A stretch of 64,000 nucleotides of DNA, taken from the human T2T-CHM13v2.0 reference genome, Homo sapiens. Position 1 is the first letter of the stretch. Each line of letters starts with the position of its first letter. The DNA lies in assembly GCF_009914755.1 (NCBI RefSeq), contig NC_060948.1; one strand, written 5' to 3'. Position numbers and translations under genes: made by a program. Below are positions 37,399-50,025 of the stretch, in pieces. The notes beneath the pieces are model-generated. The model was not told the DNA's origin, did not search any database, and worked only from the letters and a program-made list of their open reading frames with translations.

Positions 37399-39975
37399 CT
37401 GGCCTCCTCTCTGTTCCGCCTCTAGGGCTGACCCTCTCTCCATGGGATAGAACTGCAATGGATTGAGCCATAGGCCCTGGCTGATGATCTAGGGGACTGC
37501 AGAAGTGGGTCCAGGACAGTTCAGGTGACAGTTCAAAGCCAATTCCCCAGAGACCAAGGAATGACCAGCTAGGTCCTTTCCCATGATGCCCCACGGCGAA
37601 CCCCACCTCAGCAATCCTGCCAAAACCCGGGCAGTCATGTTCAGCCAAACAGCTGAATGAGCTCAGGTAGGAGGTGTACTGCCTGCAGCTGGAGGCTTGA
37701 CCTTCGTGATCCCAGAACCGCTGGACTGCAGTGGAATGAGACACCCTGTAGCCTGCAGGGAGAGGAGTCAGGAAGGTTCATGCCAGTCCCACCCTCCCAC
37801 ACACCAGCTCCCCTACCATGCTGGGAGGCATTCCTTACCGAGGATGCCAACACAGTGCTCCTTCATGATGATTTCACTGTGGAAATAAAGGTTGGGATGA
37901 AAGGAAATCATCCTGCCACCGGTAACCGGGATGGCTGAGTTCCTCCACCTGCCGGATCAAGGAGAAAGAGGATGGATTCAATGGGACCATCTCAACTAGC
38001 CGGGCTGAGGTGGCCTACTAGCTGTAGTGAACCATGAGTTTCCCCTTCCCAGCTCTCCCACTGAGACAACCCTGGTCCCCAGGGGGACCTCAAACTGACT
38101 CAGACACTGGACTCCTCCCACAGACCCAGGCTCCCCAGCCTGACCTGCAAATCCATCACGTAGCAAAGCAGGACTTCCGCATGCTTTCCGACCCACGCCG
38201 ACATCTCGTGTGCCAAACAATCTACCTCTGCGCAAGAACTCTCCAGAGGATTGGGTGGGCAAGCCTCGTGACGCCTTGCAATTTCGCAAGAACACAGACA
38301 ATGTGGAACAGGGCCATCTCCCAGACATTTGGCCAGTCACCCTTCATTGTTGGCCCTCTATCTCTGTCTGGCGAGGAGGCAACGCCACAACTGTGGTGGT
38401 TTTTGGAGTGGGTGGACCCCGGCCAAGACGGCCTGGGCTGACCAGAGACGGGAGGCAGAAAAAGTGGGCAGGTGGTTGCAGCTGAGGGACGGGAGGGGCC
38501 GGGGGTGGTGTGAGGCGGCTGCTTCTCTGAGTTTCTGAGATGCAGGAGGCCTTTGTGTGCTGGGTGCTGGACATGCTCCGCTGATGTCCGGGTGTGTGGT
38601 GTCCTCTTATCCTAGTCTCCCTGAGGGGTGGGCCTGTCCACCTGAGGGAAGCCTTGTAGTTAGAAGCCACAGCAGGGTCGTGCCTGGCGCTCTCCAAGGG
38701 AATTGCGTGGGTCCAGAGGAAGTTATACAGGCTCAGGGCCTACACGCCTTTGAGTGCAGCGCCTGCAGTTGGATGAATGCGCATCTGCGGAGCTGGTGCC
38801 CGCCGTCAGGTGGTCGGCAGCCCCATGCGCCGCGAACCCGTCTTAAGCACCTTGCGTTTCTGGGGTGAGCCTGCTGGAAACAGGCACCGAGAGCAGGGGT
38901 GGTTCAATGGCTGGTAATGGCATACAGATTCCCCGTCCTCCAGGGACGTTCCCAGGGAAACGCGTCCTTCGAATTTGGGCTGTGCGCAAAGGGACCTTGG
39001 CGCCGCGATTCTCCCTTGTCAGTGCTGGCCCTGGCTCCCCTTCCCTACCACGTGCTCCCAGGGCTGCTACAAGCGAGCTGCCCTCACAGCTGCGGGAACG
39101 TGGCCTCGGCTCCCACGCTGTCCCCCATCCCCTGCCTCCTGGCTGACCCCACGTGCCTCCCACCTGGCTCCTCCCCGCAAACAGCCCCCATACCCCCCGA
39201 GGCCCGATGACTATCCCCTGCTGCCCGCCATCCCAAATCGGCAGCCGCAAGGATATGGCTCTGGCTCACAAGGCGGAGATGCTCTGTGGCCTGGGGCATT
39301 CACGGAGCCCAGCTCCAAGTGAAGGACCTCCAGCGAGTCCATTGACGGCCCCGGTGTGCTCGGTCCAGGGCCAGGCTGTGCCCGCTGGCCCTCCTTCTGC
39401 CACCCCACGTCGGGCTCCACCTCAACCACCACCTCCACCTCAGCCATGATGTCTTCCACCTTCAGCACCGCCTCCTCTTCCAAGGCCGCCTCCTTGCTCT
39501 GTACCCCGGCCGTCCTCTCCAGCATTGCCTCCAGCCTGAACACGGTTTTCTCCTGGGTGCTCCCACAGACCCTGGGCCTGCGCAGCCCAGCCCAGCCCAG
39601 CCCATGCCCCGCACCCGTAGGCTCTGGGGGCCCGCTCCCCAGCAGACCCGCTCCCTGCAAGACCCACGGGCGTCGCCCTGCTGTGAACCTGGTCCCACAC
39701 CTACGTGGACCCAGGTTTCCTGAGGAGCTCCGCTGGACCCGCAGATCCCGCACTGGCCAAAGGGCTCCGGTCCCCAGCAGGCTCAACTGCGCACAGGAGC
39801 TCGGGAGCCAGAGGCCCCGGCCCTGGGCTTGCAGAGCCCCACCAACAGGCACCGCAACCGCTGCTGCGGGTGCGGGAGCCTCTGGGTCGTCAAGGCAGCG
39901 CACAACAGCGTGCGCGCAGGCCGACAATGGCCACCCCTGGCGGCTGGCCTCTGGTGTGCCCAGGGCATAGGACAA
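37399..39975 (-). pseudogene. FAM197Y: Inverted ancient TSPY paralog, exons 1-5 (FAM197Y region), unit 2
   Basis: Same structure at +20,308. The 254-aa ORF 39211-39975 contains the exon-1 homology. The exon-4 homologue lies in ORF 37202-37744 (SHSTAVQRFWD...GRIAE). Confidence 0.85.
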
Positions 39976-41130
39976 GAGGCCCTTTGGAATGCTCCTTGGA
40001 GTACAGCATCCTCAGGGAGGAAGCATGGTACTCGGAGCCTCTATTTGCCTCGACCTGTGAGAGTGTGTGCCGGGGCTCTGGCCTCTACAGCAGATCAATT
40101 CCACCTCAGCACCGGCAGGCGACTTTCCTCCCACGTGCCCGCCCCGATCACTTCCCCCAGGACACCCCTGCCGCCCTAGCCCCAGCAACCAGAGAGAGTT
40201 CTCTGCATCTGCTGTATTACCTCCGTACCATCTACCTGGCCTGCCTAACGAAGAGAGATGTTTCCTGTGTTCATGACACATAGAGATGTTCATGGCTTGC
40301 CACACTGAGGATGTCAGGGCACAGGGCTGCCATGCCCACAATTCCAAAGGCCACGCAGCCCGCGTGTGCCCGGATGCCTAGCTACCCGGCACAAGCTCCA
40401 AGGGCTTCTCGGAGGAGGCTTGGGCAGGGAAGGCGGGGGGTGGGGGGGCTGGAGATGCAGGCCCGCCAGTGGCTGTGCCGCCCAGGGAGACGCCCACCGC
40501 CCTCCCATTGATTGGCCACGACGGGAGGAAGTCGGCCTGGGTGCGGCCCCCCGGCCCTTCGCGCGCAGTCCCTTAGGGGGCGCCTGGAAGCCCGGCGCAT
40601 GCGCCCTGAGGGCTCGCTGACCTACCGGGTGCCAGAGAGGCTGCGGCAGGGTTTCTGTGGCGTGGGTCGGGCAGCACAGGCCTTGGTGTGTGCGAGTGCC
40701 AAGGAGGGCACCGCCTTCAGGATGGAGGCTGTACAGGAGGGGGCGGCCGGGGTGGAGAGTGAGCAGGCGGCTTTGGGGGAGGAGGCGGTGCTGCTGTTGG
40801 ATGACATAATGGCGGAGGTGGAGGTGGTGGCGGAGGTGGAGGTGGTGGCGGAGGAGGAGGGCCTCGTGGAGCGGCGGGAGGAGGCCCAGCGGGCACAGCA
40901 GGCTGTGCCTGGCCCTGGGCCCATGACCCCAGAGTCTGCACTGGAGGAGCTGCTGGCCGTTCAGGTGGAGCTGGAGCCGGTTAATGCCCAAGCCAGGAAG
41001 GCCTTTTCTCGGCAGCGGGAAAAGATGGAGCGGAGGCGCAAGCCCCAGCTAGACCGCAGAGGCGCCGTCATCCAGAGCGTCCCTGGCTTCTGGGCCAATG
41101 TTGTATCCTTCTCAGTGTTTCTTCGGCCTT
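39310..41130. promoter_or_regulatory. CpG-rich divergent promoter region, TSPY copy 3
   Basis: As in unit 2, but the inverted CCAAT box is intact (GATTGGC at 40510-40516). NRF1-type palindrome at 40594-40605. Confidence 0.7.
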
Positions 41131-43177
41131 TCTAGTGGAGAGGTGCTCTCGGGGAAGTGTAAGTGACCGATGGGCAGCTCGGCGTCGATGTGACTCTTTG
41201 GGGAACAAAGGGGAGTTGCCACGGACCAGTGTGGCTGTGGAAAGCCGGAGCAGGCGTGGGTACTATTGTCCTGCATGCGGCAGAGAAACCCTTGGTGATG
41301 CCGAGCAGCAGACGTTTGGGGCATCTTTTTGAAGAGCAGAAGCGAGTTCAGAGCGGAAGAGGTTTTTCAGTGAATGAAGCTATTTTTAAGGGAGTGTGAT
41401 TGCTGCCCCTTGCTAGTCCGATCTGGGACTGGGCGTCTTCGGCTATAAGCAGATTCTGCCACTCCTCAGACACCAGCAAGTCTCTGCAAATCGCGCCTCC
41501 CCATGTCAGTGCAGTCAGCCTCAGAATCATACACCCTCTGTGAACACAGGAGGCCTTAGTTTACGGGGACGGGGAGGCGAAAGGAGATCATACATGGAAG
41601 CAGATCTGAGAAATCCCCTACCCCAGCCTCTGGGTGCTCTTAGGCCTTCTTCCCTGTTGCTCCTCGCTTTCCCTTCCATCGTGTGTAAAGTCTCTTTGAC
41701 CTAAATCAGATTGCAAACCACCCCCAGATGTCAGCCCTGATCACTGACGAAGATGAAGACATGCTGAGCTACATGGTCAGCCTGGAGGTGAGGCCAGGAA
41801 GACTGGGGCTAGAGGGTTTAGCGGGGGAGGGTAAGGGAAATAATTCATTCCTGTAAGCAAGAGTGAGCACCTCACCCGAAAACCTATCTAAGCTTTCTCC
41901 ACCTTGTCCTGACAGGTGGAAGAAGAGAAGCATCCTGTTCATCTCTGCAAGATCATGTTGTTCTTTCGGAGTAACCCCTACTTCCAGAATAAAGTGATTA
42001 CCAAGGAATATCTGGTGAACATCACAGGTGACAGGTGGCTCCCAGGATGGGTAGTGGAAGGAAGATGGTGGGTGGATCATTGCCAACGGGATCCAGCCCC
42101 CTTCCCACAAAAACTCCTGTCTCTGTAGAATACAGGGCTTCTCATTCCACTCCAATTGAGTGGTATCCGGATTATGAAGTGGAGGCCTATCGCCGCAGAC
42201 ACCACAACAGCAGCCTTAACTTCTTCAACTGGTTCTCTGACCACAACTTCGCAGGATCTAACAAGATTGCTGAGGTGAGTCCTCACTGGGAAACATGAGG
42301 AATGACCCCGTGTGTTCCCAGCTGCTTGGGTCACCTTTCTGAGCCCTGATGAGGCCTTTCCCGATTGAGTCCCCTGACAGATCCTATGTAAGGACCTGTG
42401 GCGCAATCCCCTGCAATACTACAAGAGGATGAAGCCACCTGAAGAGGGAACAGAGACGTCAGGTGAGCCGTTAGTTGGCACTGGAGCTGTTTGATGCGCA
42501 GTATAAGGGGGTTGACACACCTGCCTATTCAGGGAGCCTGGGTGCTCATTTCAGAAATGTAGAAACTGAGGCTCCTTTCGTACATGTAGAAATTCCTTGA
42601 GAGGAAGACAGAGTGACAGAATCCAGGACGTTCATGGCATTGGGCTGAAAAGGCACGTTAGAGACTGCACTGCAAAGCGGGTGATAGCTGTGGAGTCTTA
42701 AGCCCAGTGAAGAATCGTCCATTTCCAGAATCAATGAGAAGTAAAGCTGAAAATCATTCAGTTCAGTCTGTGGCACTTGATTCCACGGCTGTCAACCCCA
42801 CCGGCAGTCATCCCACCAACCCCATGAGATTGGGCTCCCTGAATGTGCGTCCTGGTCATCCTTGCCCCAAACCACAAAGGACTGTTTAGATTGATGGATT
42901 TCCTTAAGCTGTTGCCCCATCAGACTTGTGTGTGCTTTTAGGGCCCAGTGCATCTTGTTAGCTGACTCCCCTCACAGACAATACTGGGAATGGGGCAGGG
43001 ATTGCGCAGAACAGTTTGTAACACGTGGTAGGAGGAAGTTTAAGGGATCACAAATGGGGAAGGGATATCCTTTTCTCAGCGGGCCCCACAATTGAAACAT
43101 TTCAAAGTATGGCTCAGAGAAAATGCGTTTTAACATGAGTTTGTGTTTCTCTAGGGGACTCCCAGTTGTTGAGTTGA
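40599..43177 (+). CDS. TSPY10: TSPY copy 3, intact 314-aa ORF (18-bp AEVEVV duplication, H>Q)
   Basis: Exons 40599-41102, 41710-41787, 41916-42027, 42129-42274, 42381-42462 and 43155-43177 total 945 nt. Duplication at 40812-40847; CAG (Gln) at 41046-41048. The paralog name is from recalled GRCh38 order and the 314-aa length. Confidence 0.93.
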
Positions 43178-43347
43178 ATATGATGGAGCATCAGATTTTA
43201 CCTAATACAGCAGAACTCCTAAAAAGTTACAGCCATATGCAGGACGGCAGTACTCAGCATGGTCTTATGCACAGGAACTAAAGGAAAAAGAGATCGAGTC
43301 ACAAAAATTCAGGAAGAGGGGGTAAATGTGGATTGTATGGAATGAAA

Positions 43348-43353
43348 AATAAA
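43348..43353 (+). terminator. TSPY polyadenylation signal, copy 3
   Basis: AATAAA followed by a (TG)n downstream element. Confidence 0.75.
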
Positions 43354-43403
43354 CATTCTCAAGGATGTGTGACTCTGTGTCTGTGTGTGTGTGTGTGTGT
43401 GTC

Positions 43404-43442
<39 letters not shown>

Positions 43443-46102
43443 TTTTCCACTTTATTCGGGTGTCATAATGAATTGATCAATCCACGTGCTTTATTCTCTT
43501 CATGGAAATAACCAGTCTGCGTTGGAGCTGGGCCTCTAAAGTTGTAGAGTGAATGGGTGTGGGATGTGTTGGGATTCTTCCTACAGGACAGAGTGGGAGA
43601 GGTAAAAGCAAAAGACAGCTTAGTTGGAGGCTGACTTCGTCCTATGGAAGCAGAGATAGTTCAAGGAAAGGGGTTACTGGGTTTCCAGGGCCCAGTTTGC
43701 TGGGACCTCCAAAATCCTTCATTTTGGGTATCATCATACACAGTAGCTAAGCACAGGATGATGGAAATCTTAAAGTTCGCTTCCGTGTTGAATCCACATG
43801 TTCTTTTAAAGGTGAATGCATGATCCTTTTCTGGGACAATCAGCCTCTCAGGACTTCTGAAACATCAACGTGAGAAGAAATGGGCATGTAAGGTGTATGG
43901 AGGGACTGTGGGAAAGGTGACAGAGGCATGTGGGAAGGCATTCAGGATACGCTTTTGGCAGAGATGACTAAGGGAAAACAGAAACTTACAGAAGTGAGGG
44001 GAAAGGGGGTGGATTAGTGGAATATAAGATTGTTGGAGAATCCATCCATGGACTCTCTTGTCACTTGATGACCCAGGATATGGACACTCTTGTTGATGTT
44101 TACATCTTTAGTTGTTTTAAGCTTTTCTCCAAGATTCTGTGTTAGGTGAGGAGCCAATAACGTATGTAGCTAACAACAGTACGAGTGCATTTTGTGCTCT
44201 TGCAAAGTCTAGTGAGGCTCTATTCTCCCTCGTGATTGGCACTGCAGATTGTATCTGGAGCCCAGGGCCCCTAAATTTTCTGTGGCCTCTTCAGCATAGT
44301 TTGCCTAAGGTTTAGAACGTAAAGCGAATATAGTTGCGGAATATGTTTTGCAAGCCTCACACAGGAGGACAAAACATACAGCTTTCATTCGCGAGTGGGA
44401 GGCTGCTTCCCAGGAACACGTGTGTCTGCACAAGACAAGGGGTTGCCTCTGTCAAGGATGGGGCAGGAGGATTTCAGTGTCGGAGGCAGAACTTTCTTTC
44501 CTGTTCCCAGATGAAACAGTTCCAACACGAGCATCCATGTTGACCACACGCTACTAGAGTGCTAACATTGCTGTCCCGTATAGACTCTGGTCAGCACAGC
44601 TTCTGTGAGAAGAGCTATGTTGTTTCAGGGAAGAGGGTTTGACAGTCAAAGTTCCTGAATCTGTTGTGGTGCTTGCAATATGCATTCTACCCCTCCTGCT
44701 CGGTGTCAAAGCAGTTGAGCTTTGAAAATCTATCGCCCGGTTTTGTCCCTGCTCCTATGCAGACCTCTGAAGCTCTGGAGCGGGAGTCTTGTCCTCCTCT
44801 GACTACCGTCCCCCTGACCCACAAACACAGGAGAAACAGGTGTTCTAAGCAAATTATTCTGAAAACAGTCGGAACCCTTTGGCCCCCTCAAGCTGCCCTC
44901 TATCCTACTGTGTGCATGTCAAAGACACTGTGGTCCAGTACGGTATCCCTATAGCGGCAATGGGGCAACAGATTGGTGTGTGCACTCTGGGCAACTCAGA
45001 TTAGGAAACGTCTGGGGACTTGCCTATAACGAGGTCGTCTTAAAACGTGTTGCCCCAAATTTAAGGCATAGGAAAATGTTGAGGAAAGGGTCTTGCAATG
45101 ATTTTTTCTAGGAGGTAAATAGATAAGAAAATGACCGTAAATAGATGCCAGGGCTAGTTTTGGAGCTAGCCTGTTTTAAAGTGGTGGTAGGGGAGGAGCT
45201 TTTTCCAAGGCAGGTAGCAAACCAGGAACTGTCTACGATGGATGGGCGTGCCACGGGTTGGTGGCTCAGCCATATTGCCACCCCACCGAGTGAATGCAGC
45301 AGACTGGGCTTCTTCCTTGAATCCTACGTGCAATTCAGTCTAGTGATTTCACATGAGATCCCTTCTTCTGGTATTATCACAGATCGTGCTGAATTATACA
45401 GGCTGTGTAATGCTTCTTCCACTGAATATCCGTGCACGTGGGCCACAGATGCTAAGGGCACTGACAAATTTGCACCGTGCCTCAGTAACTCGGAAGCACA
45501 TCTGTGATTTGTACCGAGAGGGACTTGGTGTCTTTTTGTGTTTAAAGTAGCACGTGTGTGTTTGTGGTTGCGTATGTTTATTTCTCTGTGCGGGTTTGTA
45601 TATTTTCTCTGACTCCACCTGTGTCTCCATGGTTCCGATATTTTTCCACACTCCCTGCGACAATTTGCACATGCCTATCTCTACAACCATTGTAGACTTT
45701 GTATCTGTGTCTTTGAACATCTGTCACTCTCTCTCCCTTCCTTTTTTCTTTTCCTTCCTTTACACCCCTCCTTTCATCCTTCCCTTGCTTCCCCACCACA
45801 CTCTCTCCATCTGTATCGTCTATGTTTCTATTCTCTATCTGGGTTTACTTTCTAATTCTGAATTCAAGGGCATTGAATTGAAAAGAAGCACTCTTCGTAC
45901 TTTTATGTGTTTTAACTCATTTGGGGAATTTGGCGTGGTATTATTTACAGGGTTCTCTCTGCCCTTTCTCATTGTTCTCCCCAGCCGGGGCTGTTATTAT
46001 GTGAAAGCTGGTTTCCTTCATCACATCGCGTAGGCTCTAATGATGTTTCGTTTATTTTGATTCTCCTCACACTACATAGTTTTAATTTACCTAATGTGAC
46101 TG

Positions 46103-46408
46103 TTTTTTTGTTTGTTTTCCGAGAATGGGTCTTACTCTGTCTTCTAGGTTGGACAGCAGCCCCACGATCTCAGCCCACTGCAGCCCAGGCACCACACACC
46201 CATGTGATCCTGTCAACTCAGACTCTCACACACCTGGCAGTACAGGTGCATGCCACCCCTCCAAGCTATGTATTAATTAACTAAATACTTACTTTTTGAA
46301 TGTGGGTCCATGTTGCCCCAGGCTCATCTGGAACTCCTGAGTGCAGGCAATCCTCCCACCTCAGCTTATCAAAGTGCTGGGATGACAGGTGTGACCCATG
46401 GCCCTGCC
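46103..46408 (-). mobile_element. Old diverged Alu, unit 3
   Basis: Copy of 5464-5769. Confidence 0.8.
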
Positions 46409-46548
46409 ATGGCTTTGTGTTTTTTGCTTTTTTCTTCCTCCTCCTCACGTCTTGTTTTGAAACATGCACTGAAGGTTTCAATTCATGGACTATAGTCTCT
46501 GTGCCTGGAATTTCTATCTTTCAACTCATCATCAGCATTCATTGGGAT

Positions 46549-46586
<38 letters not shown>

Positions 46587-46806
46587 CTATATAAGAATAC
46601 CTATGTACACACATATATACGTATATACATGTATATACGTATATATGCACATTTATATACGTATATACATGTATATACGTATATATATACATGTACACAT
46701 ATGTATTTATTTCTCAAGTTACGAAACGGCTTGCATTCTTTCCTGTGTCATGAAAAAGACTTTGCTAGAAAAGAAAAGCACTGCTTTATAATAAAATATT
46801 TTATTT

Positions 46807-48600
46807 GCATTTATTTTGTTAAGGCATTTTAAAAATTGTATGTTTGTTTAAAAAATGTCATATGAAATGATACATATTTACAACTTAAGGCGTGATGTTC
46901 AACAGGTCATATACATTATGCATTGGATACATCCAGCCAATCAACATATGTGTGACCTCACATAGTTGTCATTTTTGTTGTGAAAAAACTTGACCTGCAC
47001 TGTATTCGAATATTTTTAGAGAAAGAATATGTTACCACTAGTTATAGTGAGCATGCTGAAGAAAATATTTTTAACCTATTCCTCCTTTATAACTAGAAGT
47101 ATGAGTTCTTCATCCAGCATCTCGTCAGTGCACCCTCTTCACCGCAGTCATTGGAGTCACTACTTCTGTGAAGTCCGCTTTTTTGATTTCATATAAGAAT
47201 GAGATCATGTGCTATTTTCCTTTCTGATACCTGGCTTATGTCACTTAACAGAATGGCATGCACACATTCAGCAGATTCCCACACATTCTCACAACTGGCA
47301 GGATTTCCTGATTTCTCATTGCAGCGCATATTTCCGTTGCGCATATGCGTTTTTGCCCCATTTTTTAATCCACTTATCAATGGAGGGACACTCAGGTTGC
47401 TTCCGCATTTTGGCTACAGCAAAAATGTAATGAGTGCAGCAATAATTGCATGGGTGCGCGCACCGCTTCAACATACTGATCTGTGTACTGGCGGGCGTGC
47501 CCGGGTATTCTGATTTGCTGGATCATATAGTGGGTGGTTCTACTTGTAGATTTCTGAAGGCTGTTTATACTTAAATAAGAGCCATAAAGCTTCTTTAATG
47601 CCAGCACTAATTTACATTCTCCCCAAAAGTGAGCAGGGAATTCGTTTTCTCTGCCTCCTCACCAGAGATTAGGGTTTTCTTTTCTTTCTTTTTTTTTTTT
47701 GTTTGTTTGTCTTTCGGATAATATGCATTCTGACTGAAGTGAGAAGAAATCTCATTGTGTTTTTGATTTGCATTTTCGTGATGGATTGGGGATAATGAGG
47801 AATTTTTAGTGTGTCTTCTGGGCAACTGTATGTCTCAGTTTCACAAATGAGTCTTCGCAGCCTTCGCCCATTTGTTTTCATGCTATTGAGTTGTTGGGAG
47901 TTCCTTATGTACTGTGACTATTCCCCCATGAACAGATGTATGGTGATCCAATCATTGCTCCCATCCTGTAGGATGCCCCTTCTGTATGTTGAGTTTTCTA
48001 TGGTGTGGTGAAGCACTTTAGTTTGATATGATTCCATTCTCTATTTTTGATGGTGTTTACTGTGTTCTTGCAGTCACTTTGAGACCATCATTGCACACAC
48101 GGACGCCATGGAGCTTCTTCCTTGTGATCTCTTCTGCTATTTTTATTGTTTCACATCTGACACTGGAGTTTGGTGATAAATAATCCACTTGTAAAATCCT
48201 TTGTGTGGCTATTCAGATTTCCCCAACCTAGTTTATAGAAGATACTTGATTTTGCATTGGGCGTTCTTGCTTCTTTGGGAAAAGGCTGTGAGCTGCAAAT
48301 GCAGTGACTTAGTTCTGGGCTCCTGTTGTTTTTCCTAAGCTCTAGTCTCTGCTTTTCTGCCAGTGCTATTGTATTTTGGTACAAAAAGTTTTGTAGTAGT
48401 ATATCATGAAGTTAGGTAGTGTGGTGGCTCCAGCTTTGTGCTTTTTACTGGATTGCTCTGGGTTTTCAGGATCTTCTGCCATTTCATAGCAAATTTGGGA
48501 TTCCCAGATTGTTTTTCTAAGAAGAATGTGTCATTGATATTTTTACAGGGGTTGTATAGAATCTGAGGATGACTCAGGTAGTAGTGATGTCAATGCCGTT
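46807..48600 (-). mobile_element. Old L1 3' fragment, unit 3
   Basis: Copy of the unit-1 element. Confidence 0.8.
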
Positions 48601-49287
48601 TAGACAATGTGCGTGTTTGTGTGCACAAGCTCAGGGCCAAGAGACACTGGGTGTCCTCACCAATACTGAGGTGGGCCTTAATATCCAGCCAGATTGCCTT
48701 CTGGAAACACACGGAATGTCCTGTTCTGTTTTGCCATCTCTTCACATTTCCTCCCCTGTGAGCCCTGTGTGGTCCTCCAGATTCCCTGTGCGGTGGCCTG
48801 CCTTTTTTGGGGTGGGGAGTTGCTGGGTGAATGAGGATGGCGGAGGGAACCAAGTATGTCAGTGGAGCGTGGTGTCATCCAAACGGTACTTAGCAGGCCT
48901 GGGAGAGTCATTCTGGGAGGACGCAGACCTAGAGAGGCCTCAGGTGGGCATCTGTGTGGAGGGTGAGAGATCCCTGGTTGAGCCCAAACTGAACCCCAGG
49001 TAGAAGCAAGCCTCAGGACAGGGAAGTAGCTAGCAAGGGATGATGAGGCAGCTATCTCTTGACCCTGGCTTCCCACCCATTGACCTTAGCTACTTATGCC
49101 TATTAAGCAGATTACGGTTCCCCCATCGTGAAATGTGGGTACCACAGTTCCCTGATGGGCATTTCTCCACCAGCCCATGATGGCCTGAGTTTCCTTACTG
49201 CAGTCTCCTCCCTGAGCCTTGGCTTCTCTATGTGTGTCCTAACTCCAGGACCCACAGGCCTGTCAACCCCCAGCCCTGGGCTGCTTC

Positions 49288-50025
49288 CCTGGCCTCTTCT
49301 CTGTTCCCTCTCTGAGGGCCTAACTCCCTTGGGTAGTGCTGCAGAATATAGAGCCACAGGCCCTGGCTGATGATCTGGTGGACTGGGCAAATTGGTCGTG
49401 ACAGGTCAGGTTCTGGTTCAAAGCCAATTCCTCCGATGCCAAGGAATGTCGAAGAAGGTCCTTTGCCATGATGCCCCATAGCTGCCCCACCTCAGCAATC
49501 GTGCCGTAACCTGGGCCCTCACAGTCAGACAACCAGCTGAAGAAGCTCAGGCAGTGACCTGCGGGAAACTCGGGCTTTCACCTGCATGACCCTAGAACCA
49601 CTGGACTGCAGTGGAGCCAGTCGCCCTGTATCCTGGAGGGAGACGAGTCAGGAAGGCGCACGCCAGGCCCAGCTCCCGAGGTACTACCCCCTCTACTCCT
49701 CAGGGAGGATGCCAACGCAATACTCCTTAGTCATCACTTTGTTTCCGAAGTAAATGTTGTGATGAAAGGCAAACTTCTTCCTACCCCTTGTATTCAGGGT
49801 GGCCGAGTTCCTCCACCTGCCTGTCCAAGAAGGAGAAACAGGGCTGTGAAGGGGCAATTTCATCTAGGTTGGCTGAGGTGGCATTCTAGCCGGGGTGAAG
49901 CATGCGTTTCCCCTTCCCAGCTTTCCCACTGAGACACACCTGAGCCCCAGAAGGACCTCAACCTGACCAGGACCTTAGCACCCTCCCCCAGACCCAGGCT
50001 TTCCATCCTGACCTGCAAACCCAAC
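49288..50025 (-). pseudogene. Second inverted TSPY-like relic (exons 2-5), unit 3
   Basis: Near-identical copy of 8663-9400 at +40,625. Confidence 0.8.
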
